From positions 1 to 48,808 of the forward strand of contig JBNKQE010000001.1 in assembly GCA_050295715.1 (NCBI GenBank): 48,808 nucleotides of DNA, in the 5' to 3' direction. The translations under genes were made by a program, and so were the position numbers. The stretch is from Leptospirales bacterium. Lineage in GTDB: Bacteria; Spirochaetota; Leptospiria; Leptospirales; Leptonemataceae. How positions within the stretch are numbered: position 1 is the stretch's first letter; each line of letters begins with the position of its first letter. The notes under the pieces are model-generated. The model saw nothing but the letters and a program-made list of their open reading frames with translations. It was not told the DNA's origin and made no database searches. Positions 38,673-46,847 of this stretch are shown here, one piece after another.

Positions 38673-38708
38673 ACTATACTGCATACTATCAAGGATTTGC
38701 AGTATAGT
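38673..38708. repeat. 11-bp perfect inverted repeat with 14-nt spacer in the DUF1564/DUF59 intergenic region
   Basis: ACTATACTGCA (38673-38683) and TGCAGTATAGT (38698-38708). No T-run follows on either strand. Confidence 0.6.
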
Positions 38709-38885
38709 CAGAGGAACGAACCTATGAAAATATAACATCATCGTTGCAATATCCAGCGAATGAATCTTCGTAATCGCCGCATATTGAAAATCATAAAACA
38801 AGAGATAAAAAGGTCTGAATCTTCACTCTAAAAGCAGTTGAAAATCATTCTCAATGTCTTTTTATTGGATAAACAGGGGACGTAT

Positions 38886-39200
38886 ATGACAAAAGAAGAG
38901 ATGGAAAAAGCTGTATGGGAAGAGGTGGCAACCGTTGTGGATCCTGATCTACGAATGAGCCTCAAAGAACTTGGACTTATCTATGGTGTTGATATTATGG
39001 AAAATAACAAGGTCTTCATAACCATGACCCTAACATCAATGGCATGTCCGGCCGGTCCTTTCCTTATGAGTTCACTGGAAGAAGCTGCTAAAAGAGTTGA
39101 GGGCGTTACAGATGTTCAGGTTGAGGTTGTCTGGGAACCACGGTGGGATCCACGAATTATGGCTTCAGAAGAAGCACAGACGAAACTTGGTTTACTCTAA
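38886..39200 (+). CDS. DUF59 / SufT-like metal-sulfur cluster assembly protein
   Basis: VVDPDLRMSLKELGLIYGVDI...TMTLTSMACPAGP is the DUF59 signature. ATG at 38886 preferred over the ORF-track start at 38838. Confidence 0.8.
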   Translation: MTKEEMEKAVWEEVATVVDPDLRMSLKELGLIYGVDIMENNKVFITMTLTSMACPAGPFLMSSLEEAAKRVEGVTDVQVEVVWEPRWDPRIMASEEAQTKLGLL

Positions 39201-39209
39201 TATAGTATA

Positions 39210-40400
39210 TTGTTTGTATCTGTGGATTTAAAGGAATTGCCCGGGAGGAGTGCTGTGTTAGACAGGAGTGCATCTATATGCGAACGATATATATTGAAAC
39301 CAGCACTTATCTATACTGCGGTATTGGTATTGTTCGTCATGAATGGTTGTGCCACAAGCGCAGGGGGAGTTTTCTTTCGCCCCGAGGGGACCACAACCGA
39401 GCTCTATTCGACAAATCCAGAGAGACTGAAGATAACCGTTTATCCTGAAGTAGTCTCTTACGGGCAGCATAAGGGAGCTATTCTTTTTGTTCATGGCGGA
39501 GGCTGGGAGACCGGTGGATCTGATCTTCCTCTTTACTCTGACTGGGAACCGTACATCAACAGGGCTGGTCTGCGAGCATTTTCAATAGAGCATCGTCTTG
39601 CACCCGAATACCATGGAAGAGCTCTTATTGAAGATGTTTTATCAGCAATTGGGTATATAAACAGGAATGCAAAAAGGTTTAACATCCCTGACAGTACCAT
39701 TCACCTTGTTGGTTTTTCTTCCGGCGGACACCTGGCATTGAGTGCAGCCCTTCAACTCGATGCATCCAGTAAACGTTCACCTGTTCGTTCTGTATCAGCT
39801 TTTTACGCTCCAACAAATCCTGCAGGCAGGTATTTTACTGCTCAAGGAAAACTGAAGAAGTATCTTCACAATTATTTACCGGAAACGGATCGCATGGATA
39901 GGTTGATTCACTCCATAGAAGAAATCGAACATGATATTCAAAAAAAAGATCCGATGGGAGCACAATTGATAAAAGATAATCATTTTTCCATGAATGATAT
40001 AAGTGTTTCAATGGCTTCCATTGAGAGTAATGGGGCTCTCCTTTTGAAATTACAGGGACAGCTCTCTTCTGCTGTTGCGGATCGTTCGGCTTTAATTTCA
40101 CTCCAGGAAAAACTTGCAAAAAAATATTCAGAAGCAAATGAGATACTGGATAAGTGGAAAGATATCTCTCCAATCTTTCTTCTAAAAAACGGAAGGACTT
40201 CCATTTTTCTTATTCATGGGAAAGACGATGAACTTGTTCCTGTAGAGGATTCACGCGCTTTTATAGAGAGAGCCAGAAATACAGGGAGAAGAAATGTAGA
40301 TTTTCTTGAGGTAAATAACGCAGGGCATAATTTTGTTATATCAAGAAGTCAGTGGGCATCTGACATCAGGCAGAAAACAATACAATTTATGTCTCCATAA
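39210..40400 (+). CDS. Alpha/beta hydrolase (esterase/lipase type), probable lipoprotein, with a large helical insertion
   Basis: Oxyanion motif HGGGW, nucleophile elbow GFSSGG, downstream GKDD and AGH. Possible lipobox VMNGC. The start codon is uncertain (TTG 39210, or an internal TTG giving MKPALIY...). Confidence 0.8.
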   Translation: MFVSVDLKELPGRSAVLDRSASICERYILKPALIYTAVLVLFVMNGCATSAGGVFFRPEGTTTELYSTNPERLKITVYPEVVSYGQHKGAILFVHGGGWETGGSDLPLYSDWEPYINRAGLRAFSIEHRLAPEYHGRALIEDVLSAIGYINRNAKRFNIPDSTIHLVGFSSGGHLALSAALQLDASSKRSPVRSVSAFYAPTNPAGRYFTAQGKLKKYLHNYLPETDRMDRLIHSIEEIEHDIQKKDPMGAQLIKDNHFSMNDISVSMASIESNGALLLKLQGQLSSAVADRSALISLQEKLAKKYSEANEILDKWKDISPIFLLKNGRTSIFLIHGKDDELVPVEDSRAFIERARNTGRRNVDFLEVNNAGHNFVISRSQWASDIRQKTIQFMSP

Positions 40401-40509
40401 TAGTAATTTTCAGTGAATGTTTTATCTATGCATCGTCCTGAATTGAAGAAGCGAACCGTCTAATAATGTAACTATAGATGGTAGAGTCTTTAATTAATGA
40501 GGAATCGAA

Positions 40510-41481
40510 GTGAGAGATAAAAATTATACAGACCTTATTGTACGTTCCATGGGAGAGGGTATTCATGGCCCGGGCCTGTTTGTCATTCTATCTTTTTTGC
40601 TTCTTATTATCGTTCTTGTTTATTTTTATATTCAGCGTCAAAAACAACTGTCACTTGCCCGAGAGAAAAAGACTCTCAAAAGATCGGATGAAAGATTTAA
40701 TCAGATGTGCAGGCAGTACAGGTTGAGTGAACAAGAAAAGGGTATGATTCGTAAATTGCATGCCCATCTTGATATGAACAAATTTCTAATTCATACTTTG
40801 CTTGAAGATGCGATAATTTTTCGTAAAGCCGCCTTTCGTGAAATCAAGGAAAACAGAAAATCATTGAAAATTATTTCATCTATACGATCTCGACTGACCA
40901 ATATGCGTACTCCCATCGGAAGGGTTCTTATACTTACGGCTGAGCTTCCAGTTGGAACAGAGTTACATCTGGAAGGTTACGATGTTTTTTTGAAGGTTAC
41001 AGGAATAGATCCTCGAGGGCTTCTCCTGAAAAAAGATATGGAGATTCCTGAATTCCCATCTGATGGTCGTCCCCCGTTATGGAGAATAACGCGTCCGGAA
41101 GGACTTTATTTTTTTTATGCCAGGGTGATTCGAGAAAATGAAAATGCAATTATTATTGAACATGCGGCATTTCACAGGGTGCAGAAAAGGGAGAGCATCC
41201 GCCAGGAAGTTGCATTATATGCTCAGGTTGACGGTAATGAATGTACGATCATAGAAATGAGTGGAAACGGTTTAAGCCTCCGTTTTTTTGATCGCGTTCT
41301 TGTTGCGAAAGATGAACATGCATTTCTTGCATTTCGTCCTGGAAATGAGAATATGGTTCATATGACTCTTCAGGTTTTGCGTGTAAACGATGATAAGAAA
41401 ACTGCTCACTGCCGTTTTGTTCACGGAAATCCAGGCGATCTGGACAAAATTCATAGATTTCTTGCCCGGCTGGCAAGGTGA
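40510..41481 (+). CDS. Membrane-anchored PilZ-domain protein
   Basis: GTG start preceded by GAGGAA. TM helix GLFVILSFLLLIIVLVYFYI. C-terminal PilZ with RxxxR (RESIR) and a near-canonical ExSxxG (EMSGNG). Confidence 0.7.
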   Translation: MRDKNYTDLIVRSMGEGIHGPGLFVILSFLLLIIVLVYFYIQRQKQLSLAREKKTLKRSDERFNQMCRQYRLSEQEKGMIRKLHAHLDMNKFLIHTLLEDAIIFRKAAFREIKENRKSLKIISSIRSRLTNMRTPIGRVLILTAELPVGTELHLEGYDVFLKVTGIDPRGLLLKKDMEIPEFPSDGRPPLWRITRPEGLYFFYARVIRENENAIIIEHAAFHRVQKRESIRQEVALYAQVDGNECTIIEMSGNGLSLRFFDRVLVAKDEHAFLAFRPGNENMVHMTLQVLRVNDDKKTAHCRFVHGNPGDLDKIHRFLARLAR

Positions 41482-41614
41482 ATTTGGACGTCTTCATATC
41501 GTTATGAGAAATATTGGACACCTGCATGATCATATTTGCAGAGGAATACAAAAATAAAATTATATATACTATATAACTAACATGGTTTATAAATATTCGA
41601 TCGGGAACGAAAAA

Positions 41615-41643
41615 GCCCTGTGTCTCAAGTGAGATTACAGGGC
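41615..41643 (-). terminator. Intrinsic terminator of the DUF3332 gene
   Basis: GCCCTGT/ACAGGGC 7-bp stem. On the minus strand it is followed by TTTTT. Lies 83 nt downstream of the stop at 41726. Confidence 0.6.
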
Positions 41644-41725
41644 CTTCTGTAAGAAGAAATCGCATTGACGAGATCTTATATTATCTTTCGAGTTCTAATT
41701 AATATCTGTAGATTTCTATATTACA

Positions 41726-42346
41726 TTAGAATACAGTAGTGTTCGATGTTACGGCTGCCATGTTACTGTCAACCTTTGTGTTGAAACGACTTTCCAGAGC
41801 CAACTTCTTAGCCGCAAATTGTATAGAATTAACAGTGCGAGATTTGTAAAAACCTTCGCTTTTCAAGCTGATTGTCGTTTGGCCGTTTTCTTCAGTTACA
41901 CTGGTATTCACAGGAGTATATTTTCCGTTTGATTGGATGTATAGTATACCCGGTTTGTCTTTGAATGCAAAAAATGTCCCTTTTCCATTTTCGCCTTTAA
42001 TTTCAATGCGAAGCCTTTCATTGAAAATGCCTTCTTCTGTCATTGCCACGCTGCTATCGCCTTTCGCATTATTAATCGCGACCGGATTGCTTCCGGTCCA
42101 GAATTCAATCAGGTTTAGGACTACTGCATCGACAACAAACGTAAGTGTATAAATTTGTACAAAAAAGAGAACATACAAGATAATTGAATTGATTACACCA
42201 CCAACTTTTGTATTTCTATCGCCAATACTACCATTAAACTTGTAAAGTAATCTTACCAGGCTGAAATTTCCGTAGCAACTACTTAGTGTGGTCGCGAGTA
42301 TTAAAGCCGAAAGTATGGCTGCAACAGGTTTTTTTATTCTAAACAT
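41726..42346 (-). CDS. DUF3332-like lipoprotein
   Basis: Lipobox LSSC followed by YGNFSLVRLLYKFNGSIGDRNTKVGGVINSIILYV, which matches the DUF3332 N-terminal pattern. GGAGGA Shine-Dalgarno. Confidence 0.75.
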   Translation of the reverse strand: MFRIKKPVAAILSALILATTLSSCYGNFSLVRLLYKFNGSIGDRNTKVGGVINSIILYVLFFVQIYTLTFVVDAVVLNLIEFWTGSNPVAINNAKGDSSVAMTEEGIFNERLRIEIKGENGKGTFFAFKDKPGILYIQSNGKYTPVNTSVTEENGQTTISLKSEGFYKSRTVNSIQFAAKKLALESRFNTKVDSNMAAVTSNTTVF

Positions 42347-42382
42347 ATCATCCTCCAGATTACCTTTAGTCTTAGTTAACGT

Positions 42383-42410
42383 ATTCTAAAAGCAATCGAA
42401 ATTTGTCGAA
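42383..42410 (-). promoter_or_regulatory. Candidate promoter of the DUF3332 gene (TTCGAC-N16-TAGAAT)
   Basis: Minus strand: TTCGAC (42410-42405), 16-nt spacer, TAGAAT (42388-42383), about 35 nt upstream of the ATG. Confidence 0.35.
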
Positions 42411-42491
42411 AAATTAAAATTGTTAAAGTGCATATTAGACGAAAATTTGATAGTTTTCTGGGAGAAAAAATAATTCTGAAAAATCGTTGAG

Positions 42492-42520
42492 AAAAAAATC
42501 GCAGAGGCAATAGCCCCTGC
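42492..42520 (-). terminator. Intrinsic terminator of the alpha/beta hydrolase gene
   Basis: The minus strand reads GCAGGGGC-TATT-GCCTCTGC (one mismatch) followed by GATTTTTTT. Lies 18 nt after the stop at 42538. Confidence 0.6.
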
Positions 42521-42537
42521 ATGAATGTAAATGTATA

Positions 42538-43692
42538 TTACTGGATTGCAGATAATACTTCTTTGATAAAATCTTTTGAGTAACTTCGAAACGGATTCAT
42601 TCGATGGAAGGCGGCACTCATATCAGTCTGGCTTCTTATACCTTTTTCTTGAAGGAAATGGTCCACTCCCTTAACAATTTTTACATGATATGAAGCCTTT
42701 GTATTCCCGGCATTTATTGCAGTGGAGAGTTGAACGGCAGTGTCTACTTCATTTTGTGGGGTTTCATCATCGGCTCCACCTATTATGGAATAAACATTAA
42801 TTCCTCTGGAAAGTGCTTTTTTAAGGAGTGAGTTGAATTCAATTTCCTGGGCTTTTTGACTCCAGGAAGCCATCTCAGCTGAGTCCATATATTCAAGCGC
42901 TCTGTAAAAAGCGATTAAATCGGGGTGAAGTTTCGTTGTCTTGCTACTCTCATCCTCAGGTGCAGATTCATTTTTTTCAATTGCTGATTTTTCACCAGCT
43001 AATTTGACAGTAGTGTTGAAGGAATGATTCACTTCCCAGTCTGCAAGTTCTTTGCGGGCGAAAGCAAGATGTTCTGCAGAGACACCTGCTCTCTCCATAT
43101 TGTGCATCAATCGTTCACCCCAGTTGTGAAGAAGTGTTCCGGAATACGCACAATTGATAAGCAAAATACTTTCTGGTTTCAAAGAATTTCTTTCTGATGC
43201 ATACAATGCTGTGATACATGATTCCCCATGACCGAGGAGTACAATTTCATCAGCATCCAGGTTATTAACGGCCCATTTGTTGATACTGGAAAAATCCGCA
43301 GAAAGGTTTCCCATGTCGGGTACATTTCGTCCGGAGATAAGGCTGTTTCCCGTCCCGCGTTGATCATAGCGAATTACAGCAATTCCATTTGAGGCGAGAG
43401 CATCTGCCATATACTCACCGGAAAACATAGTCATCCCTTTTGAATTCCAGTTGCGATCAAGTCCACGATCGGCTGCCATAATGACTGCTTTAGTATATTT
43501 ATAATCTTCCGGTGTAAATACATCAACAGGGAGGATCGTCCCATCTTCACCATATATCTCATATTCTTTTATGGAGACTTCGTAATCACCTCCATAGTTA
43601 TCCGAGGCTCCCATCCTGGGTAAGGCCATAACAACTATCAGAAAGGCAAAAAAACCAACCAAAGTGACCAGAATTATATTTTTTGAATTCAT
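42538..43692 (-). CDS. Membrane-anchored alpha/beta hydrolase fold protein
   Basis: N-terminal TM helix IILVTLVGFFAFLIVVMAL. YDQRGTGNS motif typical of the fold. The nucleophile region LLGHGESC is atypical. Confidence 0.7.
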   Translation of the reverse strand: MNSKNIILVTLVGFFAFLIVVMALPRMGASDNYGGDYEVSIKEYEIYGEDGTILPVDVFTPEDYKYTKAVIMAADRGLDRNWNSKGMTMFSGEYMADALASNGIAVIRYDQRGTGNSLISGRNVPDMGNLSADFSSINKWAVNNLDADEIVLLGHGESCITALYASERNSLKPESILLINCAYSGTLLHNWGERLMHNMERAGVSAEHLAFARKELADWEVNHSFNTTVKLAGEKSAIEKNESAPEDESSKTTKLHPDLIAFYRALEYMDSAEMASWSQKAQEIEFNSLLKKALSRGINVYSIIGGADDETPQNEVDTAVQLSTAINAGNTKASYHVKIVKGVDHFLQEKGIRSQTDMSAAFHRMNPFRSYSKDFIKEVLSAIQ

Positions 43693-43769
43693 TTTAATTT
43701 TCCATTATATCCAGTTATTGAAATATTTATAATACTGTAAAATATCCGACAGTTAATGTAGAGTTTTAG

Positions 43770-44873
43770 CTATTGTTTGCTATCATTTTGAATAAGATCA
43801 TTCTCAATATTGCGAATCAGGAAATCCGTAAAATCATGAAAACAATATCCTGCCATATGACTTGCATCGTAAAACATATCGCAGGCTATTGTTTTTTCAA
43901 AATTCATATCTATTATATCAACATTGTATTTCTGAGATATGCGTTGCATTGAAGGTTCCCATATTTCCCTGACGGTCTTTTTTCGGGAGTAGTCTATTAC
44001 AGGTTCCTCATTTATTAATCTGCGCAATTCCGGTCCTACTTTTGCCCAGAGCAGAGCTGATCGAGAACCAATCTGATTTGCAATTTTTACGCAGTCATCA
44101 GTGAAGTCTACCTGTCCCTGCGAAAGTTTGAATGGATTGAAAAAAGTTCTAAAAGTATTTCGAGCATCCTCTACAAGGAAGTTCTCATCCTCATGACGAA
44201 CAGTGGAGTCAATGTTATAGGGAACGGAACCTCGCTCTCTTATGAGCTGATCCCTTGTTCTTTCTACAAATAAATGATATGTCTTTGCAAACTGAGAATC
44301 ATTTTTAATTCTTCTGGATATTTCTGCGGGACGTGGCCTGTTTCTGTAGGACCAGAAAGTTTTTTTCGCCAGGTAATTGGTTAGTTCATCCAGTGTATAG
44401 CGATCAAAGTGTTTTAATATAAAAGTGAAAGAAAGACCATTTAAAATTACTTCATCCATTGCAATGGATGGAACAAGATTGAATCCTTGAGGAGTGACTG
44501 CAAACAATATATAATCCGGAGAAATTCCCTCCTCCTTAAACTTTTCCATATGGTAAGCATATAAGTCTGAGGTTCCGCCAGGGACTGAAAAATTGAAAAG
44601 TATCCAGTCCGGATACTTCTTTTCAAAATACGTATTATCAAATGACATTGTGCGCGAATTGCCAAAAATTACGAGAGTCTTTTTTCTATCTTTTTTGCTC
44701 AGATAATTTTTAAGTTCTTCGCGAAGAACTTCTTTGTGGTCGTAATTAAGAAATGACGCAGTGCGAAGAAAGTAATCCGGAAAGTCACCGATGAAGAATA
44801 CTTTGTCAAATAGAAACGCTGCCATAAAAAGCAGGAATGGAAAAAGCATATACAGTCTGAATCTTAAATCCAT
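43770..44873 (-). CDS. DUF1574-like protein (SGNH/AlgX-AlgJ-like partner of MBOAT)
   Basis: Start set at ATG 44873 (MDLRFRLYMLFPFLLF...), 10 nt after the MBOAT stop, with GGTGG upstream. Single N-terminal TM helix. The family is recalled as Leptospira DUF1574, usually adjacent to an MBOAT gene. Confidence 0.7.
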   Translation of the reverse strand: MDLRFRLYMLFPFLLFMAAFLFDKVFFIGDFPDYFLRTASFLNYDHKEVLREELKNYLSKKDRKKTLVIFGNSRTMSFDNTYFEKKYPDWILFNFSVPGGTSDLYAYHMEKFKEEGISPDYILFAVTPQGFNLVPSIAMDEVILNGLSFTFILKHFDRYTLDELTNYLAKKTFWSYRNRPRPAEISRRIKNDSQFAKTYHLFVERTRDQLIRERGSVPYNIDSTVRHEDENFLVEDARNTFRTFFNPFKLSQGQVDFTDDCVKIANQIGSRSALLWAKVGPELRRLINEEPVIDYSRKKTVREIWEPSMQRISQKYNVDIIDMNFEKTIACDMFYDASHMAGYCFHDFTDFLIRNIENDLIQNDSKQ

Positions 44874-44883
44874 TACAGCCACC

Positions 44884-46413
44884 TCAGAAAACAAAGTAAA
44901 TAAATTGATGCGCGCCGGAAACATTTAGAGGAATCAGAAATCCTCCGATCAGCGCTGCTGCAATAATCAAAAGTACCGGATCATACTTTCTCCAGCTTTC
45001 GAGAAATCCCTTTCGGTATTGAATCACATGAAAGAAAAATAACAGAAGAAACATTGCGATTAAGGAATCATACGTTCCAATATGTACGGTTTCAAATAAT
45101 TCATTGCCGAATATACTTAGAAGTAATTCCGGATCGCCCCCGGATATTTCGTATTCGTGTTCGATTAATGACGGGCCATGTGTGAAAATTCCCGAAAGCA
45201 TGGTTCCCATTATATCCGCTGAAGTATGAATGTGATCGCCATGATTGACCTTCTGTGAACGAAACATTATAGCGCCGATGGAGAATAAGAGAAACATTAT
45301 AAGGATTCGAATCCCTCGGTAGAAGCGATTGGAATCTGGCAGGAACTTCCATCCGAGATCTTTTTCAATAAATCTCTCAAGAGCTAGAAGAAATCCCCAC
45401 ATCGCACCCCAGGCAAGAAAGGTATAGTCAGCCCCGTGCCACAGTCCACCCAGAGTAAATGTAATAAACAGGTTTATATAATTTCTAAATTTCCCAACCC
45501 GGCTGCCGCCCAATGGGATGTAGATATAGTCACGAAGCCAGGAGGCAAGCGTGATATGCCATCTCTGCCAGAGTTCTCTCGCTGATTGCGAAAAGAATGG
45601 CGCCAGAAAGTTTTCAGGAATATCGTAACCGAGAAGTCTGGCAGATCCGCGGGCAATATCCGTATAACCGGAAAAGTCTCCGTAAACCTGGAGGGAAAAT
45701 CCCATCCCCGCTACAAGTAGGGACCACCAGTCATAGACTCCTGGATTATAGAAAATTGGTGCGATGATCCCGCCCATGGGATCTGCAAGTAATATCTTCT
45801 TGGTTAACCCGCCAAGGATCAACCAGCTTCCATCAAACATAGCTCTTTTATTAAAAACCGGTTTATCAATCTGATCCATAAAATCCGTGGATCGCATGAT
45901 AGGCCCTGCAATAAGCTGGGGAAAAAAGAGAATGAATAAGAAAAAACGAGCAGGGCCTGAGTCTTCATCAATGACGCCACGGTAAACATCTACGCCATAA
46001 GCCATTAACTGGAATGTATAGAAACTCAGAGCAAGTGGAAGGAAAAAATCAATGCCCCTGTATTCTTCAGGAATGGGAAGATTCAGATCAAAAAATACAC
46101 GGGTGAAAAAACCAATATATTTGAAAACTATCAGGTTAACAAGATCAACAGTTACCAGAGAAACAAAATAGATTTTTTTCCTGGAAGGATCGGTTAACAT
46201 CCTGCGTATGAGCAGGTAATTGATAGCGATCATCCCGGCGAAGTGAATTGTCCATCGGAGGCCTGGAAGTCCTTCCCTCTGGAGACCCCATGCGGCGTAG
46301 AACACAATAGATGCGCCGATCAGTAAATACTGACGTGCCCTTCCACGCAAGTTCCAGTAAAGGAGGTATACTACGGGAAAAAATAATAGATAAAGAACCG
46401 AGTTAAATAGCAT
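44884..46413 (-). CDS. MBOAT-family membrane O-acyltransferase (AlgI/DltB/PatA-like)
   Basis: Polytopic protein with signature WQRWHITLASWLRDYIYIPLGGSR and the conserved His in GGLWHGA. Confidence 0.95.
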   Translation of the reverse strand: MLFNSVLYLLFFPVVYLLYWNLRGRARQYLLIGASIVFYAAWGLQREGLPGLRWTIHFAGMIAINYLLIRRMLTDPSRKKIYFVSLVTVDLVNLIVFKYIGFFTRVFFDLNLPIPEEYRGIDFFLPLALSFYTFQLMAYGVDVYRGVIDEDSGPARFFLFILFFPQLIAGPIMRSTDFMDQIDKPVFNKRAMFDGSWLILGGLTKKILLADPMGGIIAPIFYNPGVYDWWSLLVAGMGFSLQVYGDFSGYTDIARGSARLLGYDIPENFLAPFFSQSARELWQRWHITLASWLRDYIYIPLGGSRVGKFRNYINLFITFTLGGLWHGADYTFLAWGAMWGFLLALERFIEKDLGWKFLPDSNRFYRGIRILIMFLLFSIGAIMFRSQKVNHGDHIHTSADIMGTMLSGIFTHGPSLIEHEYEISGGDPELLLSIFGNELFETVHIGTYDSLIAMFLLLFFFHVIQYRKGFLESWRKYDPVLLIIAAALIGGFLIPLNVSGAHQFIYFVF

Positions 46414-46506
46414 ATATCAACCCCACGGGTTGCGCTCAACATACTCAGACAAGATTTATAGAGGGATTTTCTCGGTCCAGTGTAATACTGTTATACTTAG
46501 CAAAAA

Positions 46507-46600
46507 CCGTAACTATTCACCACGTAGTATGTTAAGAGGAACTGAAGCCTGTTTCATTATCCGAGCAGACGAGCATCCTTGCCCGGCTGCTCGGAAGAGG
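46507..46600. repeat. Structured direct repeat, copy 1 (94 nt)
   Basis: Matches 46741-46834 with 5 mismatches (3 in the 87-nt core). Contains hairpin B, CCGAGCAG-N18-CTGCTCGG (46561-46594). Confidence 0.9.
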
Positions 46601-46640
46601 CCCGTCCATGGACCTCAGTAATGAAACAGGCTTCAGTTCC
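46538..46640. repeat. Perfect 22-bp inverted repeat (103-nt stem-loop) built on repeat copy 1
   Basis: GGAACTGAAGCCTGTTTCATTA (46538-46559) and its exact reverse complement TAATGAAACAGGCTTCAGTTCC (46619-46640). They enclose hairpin B and the palindrome GTCCATGGAC. Confidence 0.9.
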
Positions 46641-46740
46641 CAAACATAATAGAAGTTCCAGTTATAGGGCGACTTGATGAAAAATTTCGAGCCGTAGCCA
46701 ATTATCTTTTATCAGTCTATACTGATATTCTCACTTACAT

Positions 46741-46834
46741 CAGTAATTATTCACCACGTAGTATGTTAAGAGGAACAGAAGCCTGTTCCATTATCCGAGC
46801 AGACGAGCATCCTTGCCCGGTTGCTCGGAAGAGG
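46741..46834. repeat. Structured direct repeat, copy 2 (94 nt)
   Basis: Direct repeat of 46507-46600. Has a perfect hairpin A, GGAACAG-AAGC-CTGTTCC (46772-46789), and hairpin B (46795-46828, one G.T pair). Ends 13 nt from the nrnA stop. Confidence 0.9.
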
Positions 46835-46847
46835 TATAAATTTGATT

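Noticed and set aside
41249-41665. 138-aa minus-strand ORF overlapping the 3' end of the PilZ gene
   Set aside because: It overlaps a better-supported gene and runs across the terminator hairpin. It has no ribosome-binding site and no motifs.
46430-46649. 63-aa ORF (46430-46621) and a 13-codon mini-ORF (46608-46649, preceded by AAGAGG) in the repeat region
   Set aside because: The 63-aa ORF has no ribosome-binding site, runs through the repeat and hairpins, and has no protein-like features. The mini-ORF peptide MDLSNETGFSSQT is hydrophilic and has no counterpart at copy 2. Both are most likely fortuitous.
46507-46834. CRISPR array or DGR template/variable repeat pair
   Set aside because: There are only two direct copies, 94 nt long and 140 nt apart. 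There are no cas genes and no reverse transcriptase. The repeats are non-coding, and the substitutions are not adenine-specific.
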